From Candidatus Omnitrophota bacterium (GTDB lineage: Bacteria; Omnitrophota; Gorgyraeia; Gygaellales; Profunditerraquicolaceae), in the NCBI GenBank assembly GCA_016208765.1, contig JACQXK010000032.1, positions 54,385 through 118,384 on the forward strand: a stretch of 64,000 nucleotides of DNA. Direction: 5' to 3'. Shown here in pieces: positions 52,539 to 61,876 of the stretch. Numbering within the stretch: the first letter of the stretch is position 1; every line of letters starts with the position of its first letter. A program made the translations under genes and the position numbers. Under the pieces are notes generated by a model. It saw only the letters and a program-made list of their open reading frames with translations. It did no database searches and was not told the DNA's origin.

Positions 52539-52947
52539 CATCTGGGCCTGCCTCCAATCCGGAAAAGATAATCTTGGCAATGGATTCTTTTGAATACGTG
52601 CTTTGAGATACTATCTCAACCTGGGTTTTTCTTGACGAGAGTTCGTTAAAGAATATGCCGACAGGAGTCGTATCAGTTTCAGAAACATAAAACGCGATCA
52701 ACTGTTTCTTGGGTTCTTCAGCATAAATATAACAACCGTTTTCTTTTAAAATATCCTTAACCTTATTGTAACAAGTATTGTAATCATAATCAAAGATCTT
52801 AAACAAGGCATACTGGCGGTTTTCCTCCAAAACCTTGGTAGAAATCCCGGCAATACCTTTTGCCGTTTCTTTCATGCTTGCGCATCCGCACAACCCAATA
52901 ACCCAACAACCCAATAACCCGATAACCATGATCTTTTTTCTAAACAT
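52516..52947 (-). CDS. Hypothetical lipoprotein whose signal peptide is encoded by an 8-nt tandem repeat
   Basis: MFRKKIMVIGLLGCWVIGLCGCAS. The hydrophobic core is encoded by (ACCCAATA)x4.5 on the plus strand at 52886-52925. Confidence 0.4.
   Translation of the reverse strand: MFRKKIMVIGLLGCWVIGLCGCASMKETAKGIAGISTKVLEENRQYALFKIFDYDYNTCYNKVKDILKENGCYIYAEEPKKQLIAFYVSETDTTPVGIFFNELSSRKTQVEIVSQSTYSKESIAKIIFSGLEAGPDGKKELVN
52886..52925. repeat. Octanucleotide tandem repeat (ACCCAATA / TATTGGGT), ~4.5 units
   Basis: Plus strand: acccaataacccaacaacccaataacccgataacc. Confidence 0.7.
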
Positions 52948-52963
52948 ACCCGTCTGCCTCCTT

Positions 52964-54976
52964 TTATTCTCTAATCACCTGCCAAATTTTATCCAGATTC
53001 TTGCGCGCTTCCTCTTCCCCTCTCTTTGCAAATTCTTCTGCCCTATGCAGCTCAAGCCAGTTTAAACCAGAAGTATTCGGATGTAAAACCACATCTGCAA
53101 GCTGGGCCTCTTTAAGCGCAACCTCAGACTGCAGCACTTCAATGCTACTGAATATTATATCAAGAATATTATTTTTAAAACTATTTCTTATATATTCGCG
53201 CAGCCCAAACCAGCTTCTTTTCTTTATGTTGCCGGTAATACCGACCGAGATCTGGCCGCGAATTTCTTCATATTGGCGCAGGATATCTTGCCTTGAGGGA
53301 GTGACATTTACCGCGATAATTTTTTTCACCCCTATTTTAATTAAAGGCTCGGTAGGCAAGGGGTTAATGATCCCCCCGTCAAAAAGCATTTCTTCTTTTA
53401 TTTTAAATGGTAAGAAAACTCCCGGCATAGCGCAACTGGCCATTATCGCATCAACTAACAAGCCCTTTTCAAAAACCCGGGATTCTTTTCTTTTTACATC
53501 GGAGGCAACGATTTTTAGCGGAAGCTTTACATCATAAAAAGTTTTGTTGCCCAAGTGCCTATCCAGTAATTTGCGCAGTTTATTCCCTTTGATAAAACCC
53601 ATAAATGGCAGGGTAAAATCCAAAAGGTTCCAGATGTGCTTAGGCGCCTTAAATTCTTTAGTAATCTCAAGGATCTCTTCTGATGATTTGCCAATTGCCC
53701 ATAAGCTTGCAATTACAGAACCAATGCTTGCTCCCACGATTACATCTATAGGTATTTTTTCTTCTTCTATTACTTTCAAAACTCCAATATGGCAAAAACC
53801 ATACCCAACCCCCACCCCCAAAACCAAACCCACCATGCTTTCCCCGAGCTGGCGCGCGATCCTTCTTACAGCACGCGCATATTCGCAGACAGGCTCATCC
53901 TCAACTAACCGGTCGCAAGACTCAAGTTCAATTTTAGGAAGTGTGGCAAAAATATTTTTATTTAAAATTTCCACCTGCTCTTCATGAGTAAGCCTTGAAT
54001 GCTTGTATTCATTGATAACCACTTTTATTTTTTCTTCTTTAAAAGCAAATTCATCAACAAGCCTTTCAATTAAATGACGGGTCCTTTTTAAATCAACCTG
54101 CTCAGGGCTCGTCAAAATATGAATCACATCGGATTGATTCAGTATATTAAATATCGGCCTGTCCATCAATGAAGGAAGGTCTATGATCAAAAAATGATAA
54201 TCATTAACCAACAGGCTGATAATCCCCACGAGCCTGCGCACACAGATTTCATCTTCCGGCCTATAGTGAAAACAAACCAGGCCGATACCGGATTTAGCCT
54301 CCACCAGGAATTCTTTTACCAAATTCGGGTTATCAGCTGCCGAGTTTGACAGGTCAAGTATTTTGCAGCCGCTGAACCCTAATTTCTGCGGCAGGGTGTG
54401 AATTTTATCTAAAGGCAGGATATCAAGGATAACCACTGATTTATGCGTTTCTTTCTTGAGGCTCAACCCAAGATTCAATGCATAAATAGTTTTGCCTGCC
54501 TGAGAATATGAACTGAAAACAGAAATAATAGAACTTTCAAAAATTGTCTTCTGGTGCAGGTCTTTACGTTTAAGCCTTCGGGAAAGGGTTTTACTTAAAT
54601 CAATTGCCAGATGAGGCATCTTTCTCAAAAAATGATCAAAATCATCTTTCTTGATAAAAAGGATCACACAATCATTAATTGCCTGGGCAGTTACAGAGTG
54701 CGGCTCATTGGTTAAAAGAGAAATAATGCCGAAATATTTGGCCCGATGCAGGTATTCAAGGATTATTGCGTTACCAAAAGTATCCTTGCTTGAAATTACC
54801 ACCCTGCCGGCTAAAACACAATAAAACCCGCTTGGAGCATTGCCTTGTTCATAGATTATTTGCCCTTTTCTATATTCAAGGACCTCTGCCTTCTGGGAGA
54901 CCTGCTCCCGGTCCTCATCTGTTAGCTCGGAAAATAAGGGGATTTCCTGTAAAACAAGCTTGCTAATTTGTGCCAT
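52964..54976 (-). CDS. Cyclic-nucleotide-binding domain protein with a C-terminal patatin-like phospholipase (NTE-like architecture)
   Basis: N-terminal cNMP-binding fold (FYCVLAGRVVISSKD...). The central domain is a degenerate MinD/ParA-like region with no intact Walker A. The C-terminus carries patatin GxGxxG (GLVLGVGVGYGFCHIG) and GxSxG (GASIGS) motifs plus a catalytic Asp context (DGG). Confidence 0.7.
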   Translation of the reverse strand: MAQISKLVLQEIPLFSELTDEDREQVSQKAEVLEYRKGQIIYEQGNAPSGFYCVLAGRVVISSKDTFGNAIILEYLHRAKYFGIISLLTNEPHSVTAQAINDCVILFIKKDDFDHFLRKMPHLAIDLSKTLSRRLKRKDLHQKTIFESSIISVFSSYSQAGKTIYALNLGLSLKKETHKSVVILDILPLDKIHTLPQKLGFSGCKILDLSNSAADNPNLVKEFLVEAKSGIGLVCFHYRPEDEICVRRLVGIISLLVNDYHFLIIDLPSLMDRPIFNILNQSDVIHILTSPEQVDLKRTRHLIERLVDEFAFKEEKIKVVINEYKHSRLTHEEQVEILNKNIFATLPKIELESCDRLVEDEPVCEYARAVRRIARQLGESMVGLVLGVGVGYGFCHIGVLKVIEEEKIPIDVIVGASIGSVIASLWAIGKSSEEILEITKEFKAPKHIWNLLDFTLPFMGFIKGNKLRKLLDRHLGNKTFYDVKLPLKIVASDVKRKESRVFEKGLLVDAIMASCAMPGVFLPFKIKEEMLFDGGIINPLPTEPLIKIGVKKIIAVNVTPSRQDILRQYEEIRGQISVGITGNIKKRSWFGLREYIRNSFKNNILDIIFSSIEVLQSEVALKEAQLADVVLHPNTSGLNWLELHRAEEFAKRGEEEARKNLDKIWQVIRE

Positions 54977-56201
54977 TATTTATCGGTGGCTCAATAACCA
55001 CTCCCGTGCGGCAAACCTCTGCTAATTTTCTTGCGCTCCCCCGGACATTCCTCTTGTAATTCTGATAATCAACTTCAATAAGCCCAAAACGCGGGCCAAA
55101 CCCCTTGTCCCACTCAAAATTATCCAAAAGCGACCAATAAAGATAACCCCAGACCTCTACCCCCTCTGACATTGCCTGTGCCAAACTTTTTAAATGCTCC
55201 CGGATATACTCCCACCTCAAATTATCATCAGATGTGCAAATCCCGTTTTCAGAGATCATCACCGGCAATTTAAATTTCTTAAGTTTAACCAACAAATCAT
55301 ACAGGCCCTGCGGGTAAATATCCCAACCTAATGAATTCTTCTTTATATTCTCGTCATTAGCAGTACGCAAAAACAGATCATGAAAACCAGGGTTCTTTGC
55401 ATTTACAAGACTGCGGCTATAATAATTTATTCCGATAAAATCAAGAGAGCTTTTATTTATCGCCTGCTCAACAAACTCAAAATTAAAAAACTTGTTTCTT
55501 AGATACACCGCCAGTTTGTTAAGCCAACTGTTGTTATAAGGCACAAATGCCTGCATATTTTTGGCAAAACTGACAAAGACAGAAGGAATATTTTTATTCC
55601 TATAGATGCCGTGAATTAAATTATAAGCTTTGATGTGGCTCTTAAGAAGATTATTTTCAACTTGTTTTGCCTTCCAGGTAGATTTTTCCTGCGGTGGCCA
55701 GACTCCCATAATATAGCAGTGAGATACATAAATAAGCGGCTCATTAATGGTTATCCAAAAACGAACATCCTGAGAGAGTGCATCTACGATCTTTTTTACA
55801 TAACGCAAAAAGTAATCCTGAACTTTGTTTTTTTCCCAACCCCCAAGTTTAACAAGCCAAAGGGGGTTTGTAAAATGATGCAGCGTAACTACAGGCTCAA
55901 GGCCGCGTTCTTTTAAAGCACGGATCACCCGGCGGTAATGTTCAATTTCACTCTCTGAAAATACCCCCTCTTGCGGCTCAACCCTGCTCCATCCAATTGA
56001 AAAGCGATGCGCATTATGCCCAAGCTCCTTGGCCAAATCAAAATCCTGTTCATAAAGCTCATAATGCCGGCAGGCTGCGCCTGATTGCTCATGATTGGTC
56101 TTCTTCTCCCACTCCCACCAGTCGCAATTATTATTATTGCCTTCTACCTGATAAGAAGAAGTAGCCGCACCCCATAAAAAACCTTTTGGAAATGTTCCCA
56201 T
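54963..56201 (-). CDS. GH1 beta-glucosidase
   Basis: N-terminal FLWGAATSSYQVEG. Catalytic NEP acid/base and I(T/S)ENG nucleophile (MISENG). Confidence 0.85.
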   Translation of the reverse strand: MGTFPKGFLWGAATSSYQVEGNNNNCDWWEWEKKTNHEQSGAACRHYELYEQDFDLAKELGHNAHRFSIGWSRVEPQEGVFSESEIEHYRRVIRALKERGLEPVVTLHHFTNPLWLVKLGGWEKNKVQDYFLRYVKKIVDALSQDVRFWITINEPLIYVSHCYIMGVWPPQEKSTWKAKQVENNLLKSHIKAYNLIHGIYRNKNIPSVFVSFAKNMQAFVPYNNSWLNKLAVYLRNKFFNFEFVEQAINKSSLDFIGINYYSRSLVNAKNPGFHDLFLRTANDENIKKNSLGWDIYPQGLYDLLVKLKKFKLPVMISENGICTSDDNLRWEYIREHLKSLAQAMSEGVEVWGYLYWSLLDNFEWDKGFGPRFGLIEVDYQNYKRNVRGSARKLAEVCRTGVVIEPPINNGTN

Positions 56202-56227
56202 AGGAGTTTATTATAACACCTGAAAAT

Positions 56228-56267
56228 AAAAAATCCCAACAAAAATGTTGGGATTTTATTTTTTTAT
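56228..56267 (-). terminator. Intrinsic terminator (aatcccaacaaaaatgttgggatt) with T-runs on both strands
   Basis: 9-bp stem; a T7 run follows on the plus strand and a TTTTTATTTT run on the minus strand. Confidence 0.5.
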
Positions 56268-56272
56268 AGCGC

Positions 56273-56487
56273 CGATAAAGGTCGTTGCTTAGCTACCTTC
56301 ATCACTTCCTTCGACAACCCAGCCACCATATTACCTCTCCCGTGCCTAACTATCCCCTGCTACAGTTTCCGGATACGGCTTCGTAAGGTAATTTAGGTCT
56401 GTGGCTTTGCGCCCCCATCTTTCAATGTACGCTAAACTTCTCAGCGTATCCGCGCGAACGCACCTCGCGGAGGTTTACCTTTATCGG
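56273..56487 (-). ncRNA. Candidate structured small RNA (~215 nt) closed by a 12-bp terminal inverted repeat and followed by a terminator
   Basis: gccgataaaggt at the 5' end pairs with acctttatcggc at the 3' end. The interior is GC-balanced with several hairpins and no ORF. A terminator lies immediately downstream on the minus strand. Its identity is unknown. Confidence 0.2.
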
Positions 56488-56532
56488 CAATATAAGTATA
56501 CAATATAATTATTTCTATTTCAAGGACACAGC

Positions 56533-57009
56533 TTATCTTTTTTCAACAGCCTCTTTAGCCGCCACATCTACATATTTACTCATTGCCTGCCATGTCATAG
56601 GGCCGACTTTTCCATCCACCTTTAGGCCATTAGCCTTCTGGAATTCCTCAATTGCCGCCTTAGTCTTTGGCCCTAACTTCCCATCAACCTCTCCGGCATA
56701 AAAATTAGAATTCTTTAGTGCAGTCTGGATTTCTTTAACGCTGGGTTTGTAAGGCCCTGATGGAGGTAACGGCTCTAACTTTTGTTCAAGAGCAGCTGGC
56801 GCAGTTACTTCAACCTTTGCCTCAACTGCTTTTACATCAGTAGCTTTTACTTCTGAAGGTGCCTGATTAGTAGTAACATTAACAGCGCTTAATGTCTCCA
56901 TGGAAAGCGGTTCCTGCATCTCCGTTGCAGCCTGATCCTTATTTTTACAACCAAACATATAAAGCCCAAAACAAACCAAGACCCCTACCATCAAAAACCT
57001 TTTCATCAC
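56533..57009 (-). CDS. Secreted protein with two peptidoglycan-binding (PG_binding_1) repeats
   Basis: Signal peptide/lipobox (MFGCKN), then EIQTALKNSNFYAGEVDGKLGPKTKAAIEEFQKANGLKVDGKVGPMTW. Confidence 0.6.
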   Translation of the reverse strand: MMKRFLMVGVLVCFGLYMFGCKNKDQAATEMQEPLSMETLSAVNVTTNQAPSEVKATDVKAVEAKVEVTAPAALEQKLEPLPPSGPYKPSVKEIQTALKNSNFYAGEVDGKLGPKTKAAIEEFQKANGLKVDGKVGPMTWQAMSKYVDVAAKEAVEKR

Positions 57010-57091
57010 ACTGCCCTCCTTTTTAAGTTTTTTAATCTCCGTATTATTTTAGCAAAAAGCTTAAAGAAATCAAATAATTTTAAGTTTCTTT

Positions 57092-58288
57092 TTAAATTTT
57101 CCTGATATCCGGATAGAAGAAATTAATTGTCATAAACAATATTGCGCAGGCCACGCCGCTGACTAAGACCGCTGAAGACACTCCGATTGCCTGCGAGAGG
57201 CTGCCGGCAATAAGATTACCAAAAGGCATAATTCCTGCGAAAGTAAGCATAAACATGCTCATCACGCGGCCCCTAAATTCATCATTAACCCGAGTCTGTA
57301 ACAGGGTATTGATCAAGGCCATAGCCGCGACGCTTGAACCACCCAATAAGCTTAAGATAATAATTGATAAGATGTAATTCCGCGACAATGAAAACAAAAT
57401 TAAGGAAAATGAAAAGATAAAAATTGACCAAACAAGAAACCGGCCTTTGTTCCTGAAATCACCCAGCCGCGCCAAAACCAAAGCGCCGAACAACGCCCCA
57501 AAACCAACGCCTGACATCAAAACCCCCAAGCCCTTAACCCCTACCCCCAAGACCGTATTTGCAAAAATAGGCATGAGTATAATATAAGAAACCCCAAACA
57601 AACTCATTACTCCTACAATCATAATTAATAAAAGAATTAACCGGTTACCCTTGATAAAGGCTACCCCTTCCATCAAATCATGCCAGGCCTTTTTATTCTT
57701 CTTAAATATTCTGGTGTTATCAACCTTGATCAATAAGAGCGCGATAATTACCGCCAAAAAACTGATCCCATTTATAAAAAAACACCCGCTCATGCCGATG
57801 GAAGCTACCAACAAACCTGCAATTGCCGGGCCGATGATCCGGCTTGAATTAAAAGCTACAGAGTTTAGGGCGATGGCATTAGACAAATGTTTCTTACCGA
57901 CGAGATCTACAACTACCGACTGGCGGCTGGGGGCATCAAAGGCCATGACGATGCCGTTTAGAACAGCAATGAACATAATTTGCCAGGTATTAATCAACTT
58001 AAAATACGTTAAGGCTGCCAAAATAAAAGCAAGCAGCATAAAAGCTATTTGGGTAAAAATAAGGATATTTTTTTTATTTACCCTGTCTGCCAAAACACCG
58101 CCAAACAAAGAAAGAACAAATACCGGGATGGAACTTAAAAATCCGACTACCCCCAATAAAAAAGCAGAGTTGGTTAACTGAAAAACTAACCAGCTCTGCG
58201 CAACAGCCTGGATCCATGTGCCCACTAAAGACACAAGCATCCCAAACCAATATATGCGAAAATTCTTTACTTTTAGAGAAGAAAACAT
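57092..58288 (-). CDS. MFS transporter (EntS/MFS_3-like)
   Basis: 12-transmembrane MFS architecture. Confidence 0.7.
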   Translation of the reverse strand: MFSSLKVKNFRIYWFGMLVSLVGTWIQAVAQSWLVFQLTNSAFLLGVVGFLSSIPVFVLSLFGGVLADRVNKKNILIFTQIAFMLLAFILAALTYFKLINTWQIMFIAVLNGIVMAFDAPSRQSVVVDLVGKKHLSNAIALNSVAFNSSRIIGPAIAGLLVASIGMSGCFFINGISFLAVIIALLLIKVDNTRIFKKNKKAWHDLMEGVAFIKGNRLILLLIMIVGVMSLFGVSYIILMPIFANTVLGVGVKGLGVLMSGVGFGALFGALVLARLGDFRNKGRFLVWSIFIFSFSLILFSLSRNYILSIIILSLLGGSSVAAMALINTLLQTRVNDEFRGRVMSMFMLTFAGIMPFGNLIAGSLSQAIGVSSAVLVSGVACAILFMTINFFYPDIRKI

Positions 58289-58291
58289 CTT

Positions 58292-58918
58292 CTAAGACTT
58301 GAGCACAGCCTCGCGGCGGCAGCGGGGGCAAAGTATTTTCATACGCCCAGCTCTTAAAAGACTTTGGCCTTTTTCTGCAGATACAGCTTCTTTTATAGCA
58401 ACGCCGAGCTTCCTTAAATAAAACAATAAAAGCGAAGCATTAGAGAAACAAAGCGGGCCAAGTTTATTTGCCACCCATTTATACTGATCAGAAGGTACGA
58501 TTGCCTCACCGCAACATTCACACAAGACAAGTTCTTTTTCAATAGTATTCTTGAGATCTTTCCTTTTTTCAGTAGTGGCAAAATCAAATTCATTTGAAAG
58601 AATAATCCCTTTTTGCGTCAAACAGTTCGCCTGGCACTGGCCGCAGAAAATACAAATGTCCCAATGCACAGTTAACACCCTCTTGACAAAACCATTCCTT
58701 GGCTCATCTTTAAATTCCAGCGCACCAGCCGGGCAAACCTGGACGCATGCAGCACAACCCGTGCAATCATCTTCATGAAAATATGGCCTGCCGCGGAAAC
58801 GCTCATACGTCTTAAGCGGCTGGTAAGGATAGCGGCTGGTATACGGGCCTTTGATCAAGGCCTTAATTGCTTCTTTAAGTTCTCTTAATTTAGGATAACG
58901 CATCTTTATCCTCTGCAT
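58292..58918 (-). CDS. HycF/NuoI-like 2x[4Fe-4S] ferredoxin subunit with a C-terminal Cys-rich extension
   Basis: Two CxxCxxCxxxCP motifs (CTGCAACVQVCP, CIFCGQCQANC) plus a C-terminal CECC...CPRC cluster, laid out like formate hydrogenlyase subunit 6. Confidence 0.55.
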   Translation of the reverse strand: MQRIKMRYPKLRELKEAIKALIKGPYTSRYPYQPLKTYERFRGRPYFHEDDCTGCAACVQVCPAGALEFKDEPRNGFVKRVLTVHWDICIFCGQCQANCLTQKGIILSNEFDFATTEKRKDLKNTIEKELVLCECCGEAIVPSDQYKWVANKLGPLCFSNASLLLFYLRKLGVAIKEAVSAEKGQSLLRAGRMKILCPRCRREAVLKS

Positions 58919-59225
58919 ATTTGTCGCAAACTGAACCTTTGCAAAGCTTGGTCCCGAATTTATGCGCGCTTCTTGCTAATACATGCGCAGAGACCGGAGC
59001 TGTCAAAACTAGGAATAAAATACATAAAAGCGCTTTTACTCCGCAGGCGCTAAAACCTTCAATTAAAAAAAGCCCGAAAAGAATACTGGAAGTTCCTAAA
59101 GTAATGCATTTAATGGAAGAATGCAAGCGGTTATACACATCAGGAAACCTTACAAGGCCCAAGCAGCCAAAGAAATCAAAAGCAATGCCCATTACAATAA
59201 ATCCAAAACCAATTGCATCATTCAT
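58890..59225 (-). CDS. mrpG: Mrp antiporter subunit G
   Basis: MnhG/PhaG family (MNDAIGFGFIVMGIAFDFFGCLGLVRFPDVYNRLH). Confidence 0.65.
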   Translation of the reverse strand: MNDAIGFGFIVMGIAFDFFGCLGLVRFPDVYNRLHSSIKCITLGTSSILFGLFLIEGFSACGVKALLCILFLVLTAPVSAHVLARSAHKFGTKLCKGSVCDKYAEDKDALS

Positions 59226-59577
59226 CAAAACGTTTCCCTTCCAAATATTTTCCCAACGCAAGGATAGAAATAAAACTCTGCAAAGCCCAGGCAATGCCAA
59301 TATCAATATACCAGTCACGCCCGGTAGAAATACCAAGAATTGCGCAAAAACCCAGGATCAAAATGCCAAAAACATCTAACGCTACAACTCTATCTGCCGG
59401 AGACGGCCCGCGCACCACCCTCCACAGGCACATAAGAGCACAAAGAAACATAATAAAGAATGCCCTTTTTAAAAACTCTGACTGCCATTCCAACAAAGAA
59501 GGCAAAGGCAAATATAATATTGCCCAAATAGCCAAACCAAACACTAATAACCCTAAAAACCAACGCAACCTTCTCAT
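59218..59577 (-). CDS. mrpF: Mrp antiporter subunit F
   Basis: MnhF/PhaF family (...VRGPSPADRVVALDVFG...). Confidence 0.7.
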   Translation of the reverse strand: MRRLRWFLGLLVFGLAIWAILYLPLPSLLEWQSEFLKRAFFIMFLCALMCLWRVVRGPSPADRVVALDVFGILILGFCAILGISTGRDWYIDIGIAWALQSFISILALGKYLEGKRFDE

Positions 59578-60071
59578 TCAAAAATCCTCACTAAGATCTT
59601 TTCAAATTTATGCACGATCATCTTTGTTGCGCCATCTACATCCTGAGTCTTCACATCAACCCAGTGCACATACAAATAACCCTTCTCCTTATCCACATCC
59701 ACGGTCATTGTGCCAGGCTTTAAAGAAAGCGTATTCGCTAAGATTGTTATCGCTGTATCTGAGCGAAGGACCGTCTTTACTTTAACAATTCCCGGATTTA
59801 ACGGCACATCAGGATGAATCACCCGGTAAGCTCCGTCCAGATTAGCCTTAAAGCATTCCCAGAGAAAAAGCGGTATATAATATAAAAACCAAAGATAACG
59901 AAAGATGTTACGAAAAATATTGGGGCTTGCAGTAAACAAATCCGCGGTCATAAAAGAAACAAACACCGCCACAACTAAGCCCACAAAAACATTCTGCACA
60001 TGGACAGACCAAGTTAAAAGGATCCATGCCATAAATGCCAATGAAAAAAGTATTACGCGTATTCTAATCAT
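59574..60071 (-). CDS. mrpE: Mrp antiporter subunit E
   Basis: MnhE family N-terminal transmembrane pair and length. Confidence 0.6.
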   Translation of the reverse strand: MIRIRVILFSLAFMAWILLTWSVHVQNVFVGLVVAVFVSFMTADLFTASPNIFRNIFRYLWFLYYIPLFLWECFKANLDGAYRVIHPDVPLNPGIVKVKTVLRSDTAITILANTLSLKPGTMTVDVDKEKGYLYVHWVDVKTQDVDGATKMIVHKFEKILVRIFE

Positions 60072-60074
60072 ATT

Positions 60075-61541
60075 CTATTGAATAATTACTGCCGCGCCAT
60101 AACCATTGCCCACCAATAAAGCATTAACTGCAGAATCAAGGGCCAGTTTTAACTGCGGCAAGAAAACCATTCCTGTTAAAAGGCAAATTACCGCCAGCAC
60201 AACCATGGAAAATTTCATTCCAAAATGCAGGCTTTTCAAATCTTCTTTCATCCCGGAGCGTAATTTACCAAAAAATACAAAGGATTGAAATTTTAGATAA
60301 TAAACTAAAGTCAAAACGCTAACGAGTATAGCTACTATACTAAAAACAATATGCCCTGCCTGCACAGCTGCGGTAATAATCATAAGCTTACTCCAAAACC
60401 CTCCAAATGGAGGAACCCCGGAAATACTCATTGAACCAAAAAGGCTGGTAAATCCAACTAAAGGGATCTTTTGATTTAAACCGCCCAATTTATTAATGTC
60501 TCTGGTGCCGGTAGCATGTTCAATTGCCCCGGCATTAAGAAACAATAACGATTTAGAGGCCGCATGATTAAGGATATGAAATAAGCCTCCTGCAATAGCC
60601 AGAGGCGTCCCAACCCCAAAAGCAAAAGCAATATAACCAACCTGGCTGATAGTTGAATAAGCAAGCATTCTTTTAATATCGGTCTGGGCCATCGCTAATA
60701 ATGCCCCGACTACCATTGACAAAACCCCGAAAAACATCAATGCAAAAAATACTTTTCCTGAGGATATGCTGAATAAATTAAAGAAAACCCTGCTCAAAGC
60801 ATACAATCCCAGAGTTTTAACAAAAACACCTGACAGCATTGCAGAAACAGGGCTCGGCGCAGAAGAATGTGCGTCCGGAAGCCAGGCATGAAAAGGAACA
60901 AGCGCTGCTTTTAAGCCAAACCCGGCAAGAAAAAGGACGCTTACAAAACTGACTAAAACACTTCCGGGATTACCGGATACAATCAAGGCGATATCAGCCA
61001 TATTTAACGTTGATGTATAGCTATACAAAAGAGCAATGCCCAAAAGAATAAAAACAGAAGCAATAGCGCCCATGATCGCATACTTAAAGGAAGCTTCCAG
61101 GTCTTCGGGCTCAATACCAAAAGCTACCAAAGCATAAGCTGCAATAGATGCCACTTCAAGAAAAATATAAAGATTGAATAAATCTCCGCTTATAATGATC
61201 CCGTTCATACCGGCTAACATCAGCATAAAAAGAGAATAAAATTTCCATTTGTCTGTAAAACCGCGCATATACTGACAGGAATAAATTATCACCAAAAGAG
61301 CAACCAAATTTACAATGCAAAGCATAAAAACCGTCAACCCGTCGGCAACTAAACACACCCCCAGGGGTATTGACCATCCGGAAATTTTGTAAATCACCAC
61401 ACCGGAAGCATTGACTATTTTCATGAGATACACGGACATAGCTGTCACTAACAAGACAGCCTGATTGCGCAATCTGCCTAAAAGCACAATAAGAAATGCT
61501 GTAAATAGCGGGATAAGGCTAAAGAAAATCAAAAGCTTCAT
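60075..61541 (-). CDS. mrpD: Mrp antiporter subunit D (NuoM/N-like proton-pumping subunit)
   Basis: 488-aa NADH_Q_OR subunit 2/4/5 fold. Confidence 0.8.
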   Translation of the reverse strand: MKLLIFFSLIPLFTAFLIVLLGRLRNQAVLLVTAMSVYLMKIVNASGVVIYKISGWSIPLGVCLVADGLTVFMLCIVNLVALLVIIYSCQYMRGFTDKWKFYSLFMLMLAGMNGIIISGDLFNLYIFLEVASIAAYALVAFGIEPEDLEASFKYAIMGAIASVFILLGIALLYSYTSTLNMADIALIVSGNPGSVLVSFVSVLFLAGFGLKAALVPFHAWLPDAHSSAPSPVSAMLSGVFVKTLGLYALSRVFFNLFSISSGKVFFALMFFGVLSMVVGALLAMAQTDIKRMLAYSTISQVGYIAFAFGVGTPLAIAGGLFHILNHAASKSLLFLNAGAIEHATGTRDINKLGGLNQKIPLVGFTSLFGSMSISGVPPFGGFWSKLMIITAAVQAGHIVFSIVAILVSVLTLVYYLKFQSFVFFGKLRSGMKEDLKSLHFGMKFSMVVLAVICLLTGMVFLPQLKLALDSAVNALLVGNGYGAAVIIQ

Positions 61542-61876
61542 CCTTTTAGCCTCCGGATTTTAGTAATATCAAATGTGCCGTGTTTTTCATATATCCTTAA
61601 AGCCAATGCCACCAGGATTACCATCACTGCCAAACCAATAACGATTGTCGTTAAAACCATTGCCTGCGGCAAAGGATCAACCATATTTAAAATTTCCTGA
61701 TCATTAGCCGATATAGGAGCGCGCCCATTTTGGCGGTAACCGATCAAAATTAACAACAAATTTACCGCATACTCAATAATACCCACTCCCACAATGATCT
61801 TAATAATATTTCTTTTGCGTAAAACACAATACAAGCCGATACAAAATAAAATCAGGCACAGAAAATAAAGGCTCAT
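61538..61876 (-). CDS. mrpC: Mrp antiporter subunit C (NuoK-like)
   Basis: 112 aa with three transmembrane helices, NuoK/MnhC family. Confidence 0.75.
   Translation of the reverse strand: MSLYFLCLILFCIGLYCVLRKRNIIKIIVGVGIIEYAVNLLLILIGYRQNGRAPISANDQEILNMVDPLPQAMVLTTIVIGLAVMVILVALALRIYEKHGTFDITKIRRLKG

Noticed and set aside
53001-53987. Two plus-strand ORFs (178 and 147 aa)
   Set aside because: Both are antisense to the cNMP-binding/patatin gene, Ser/Pro-rich and without motifs. They are shadow ORFs.
52964-54976. Pycsar/CBASS-type defence effector interpretation of the cNMP-binding/patatin protein
   Set aside because: No nucleotide cyclase or CD-NTase gene lies nearby. The flanking genes are housekeeping (bglA, a lipoprotein), so an NTE-like housekeeping lipase is more parsimonious.
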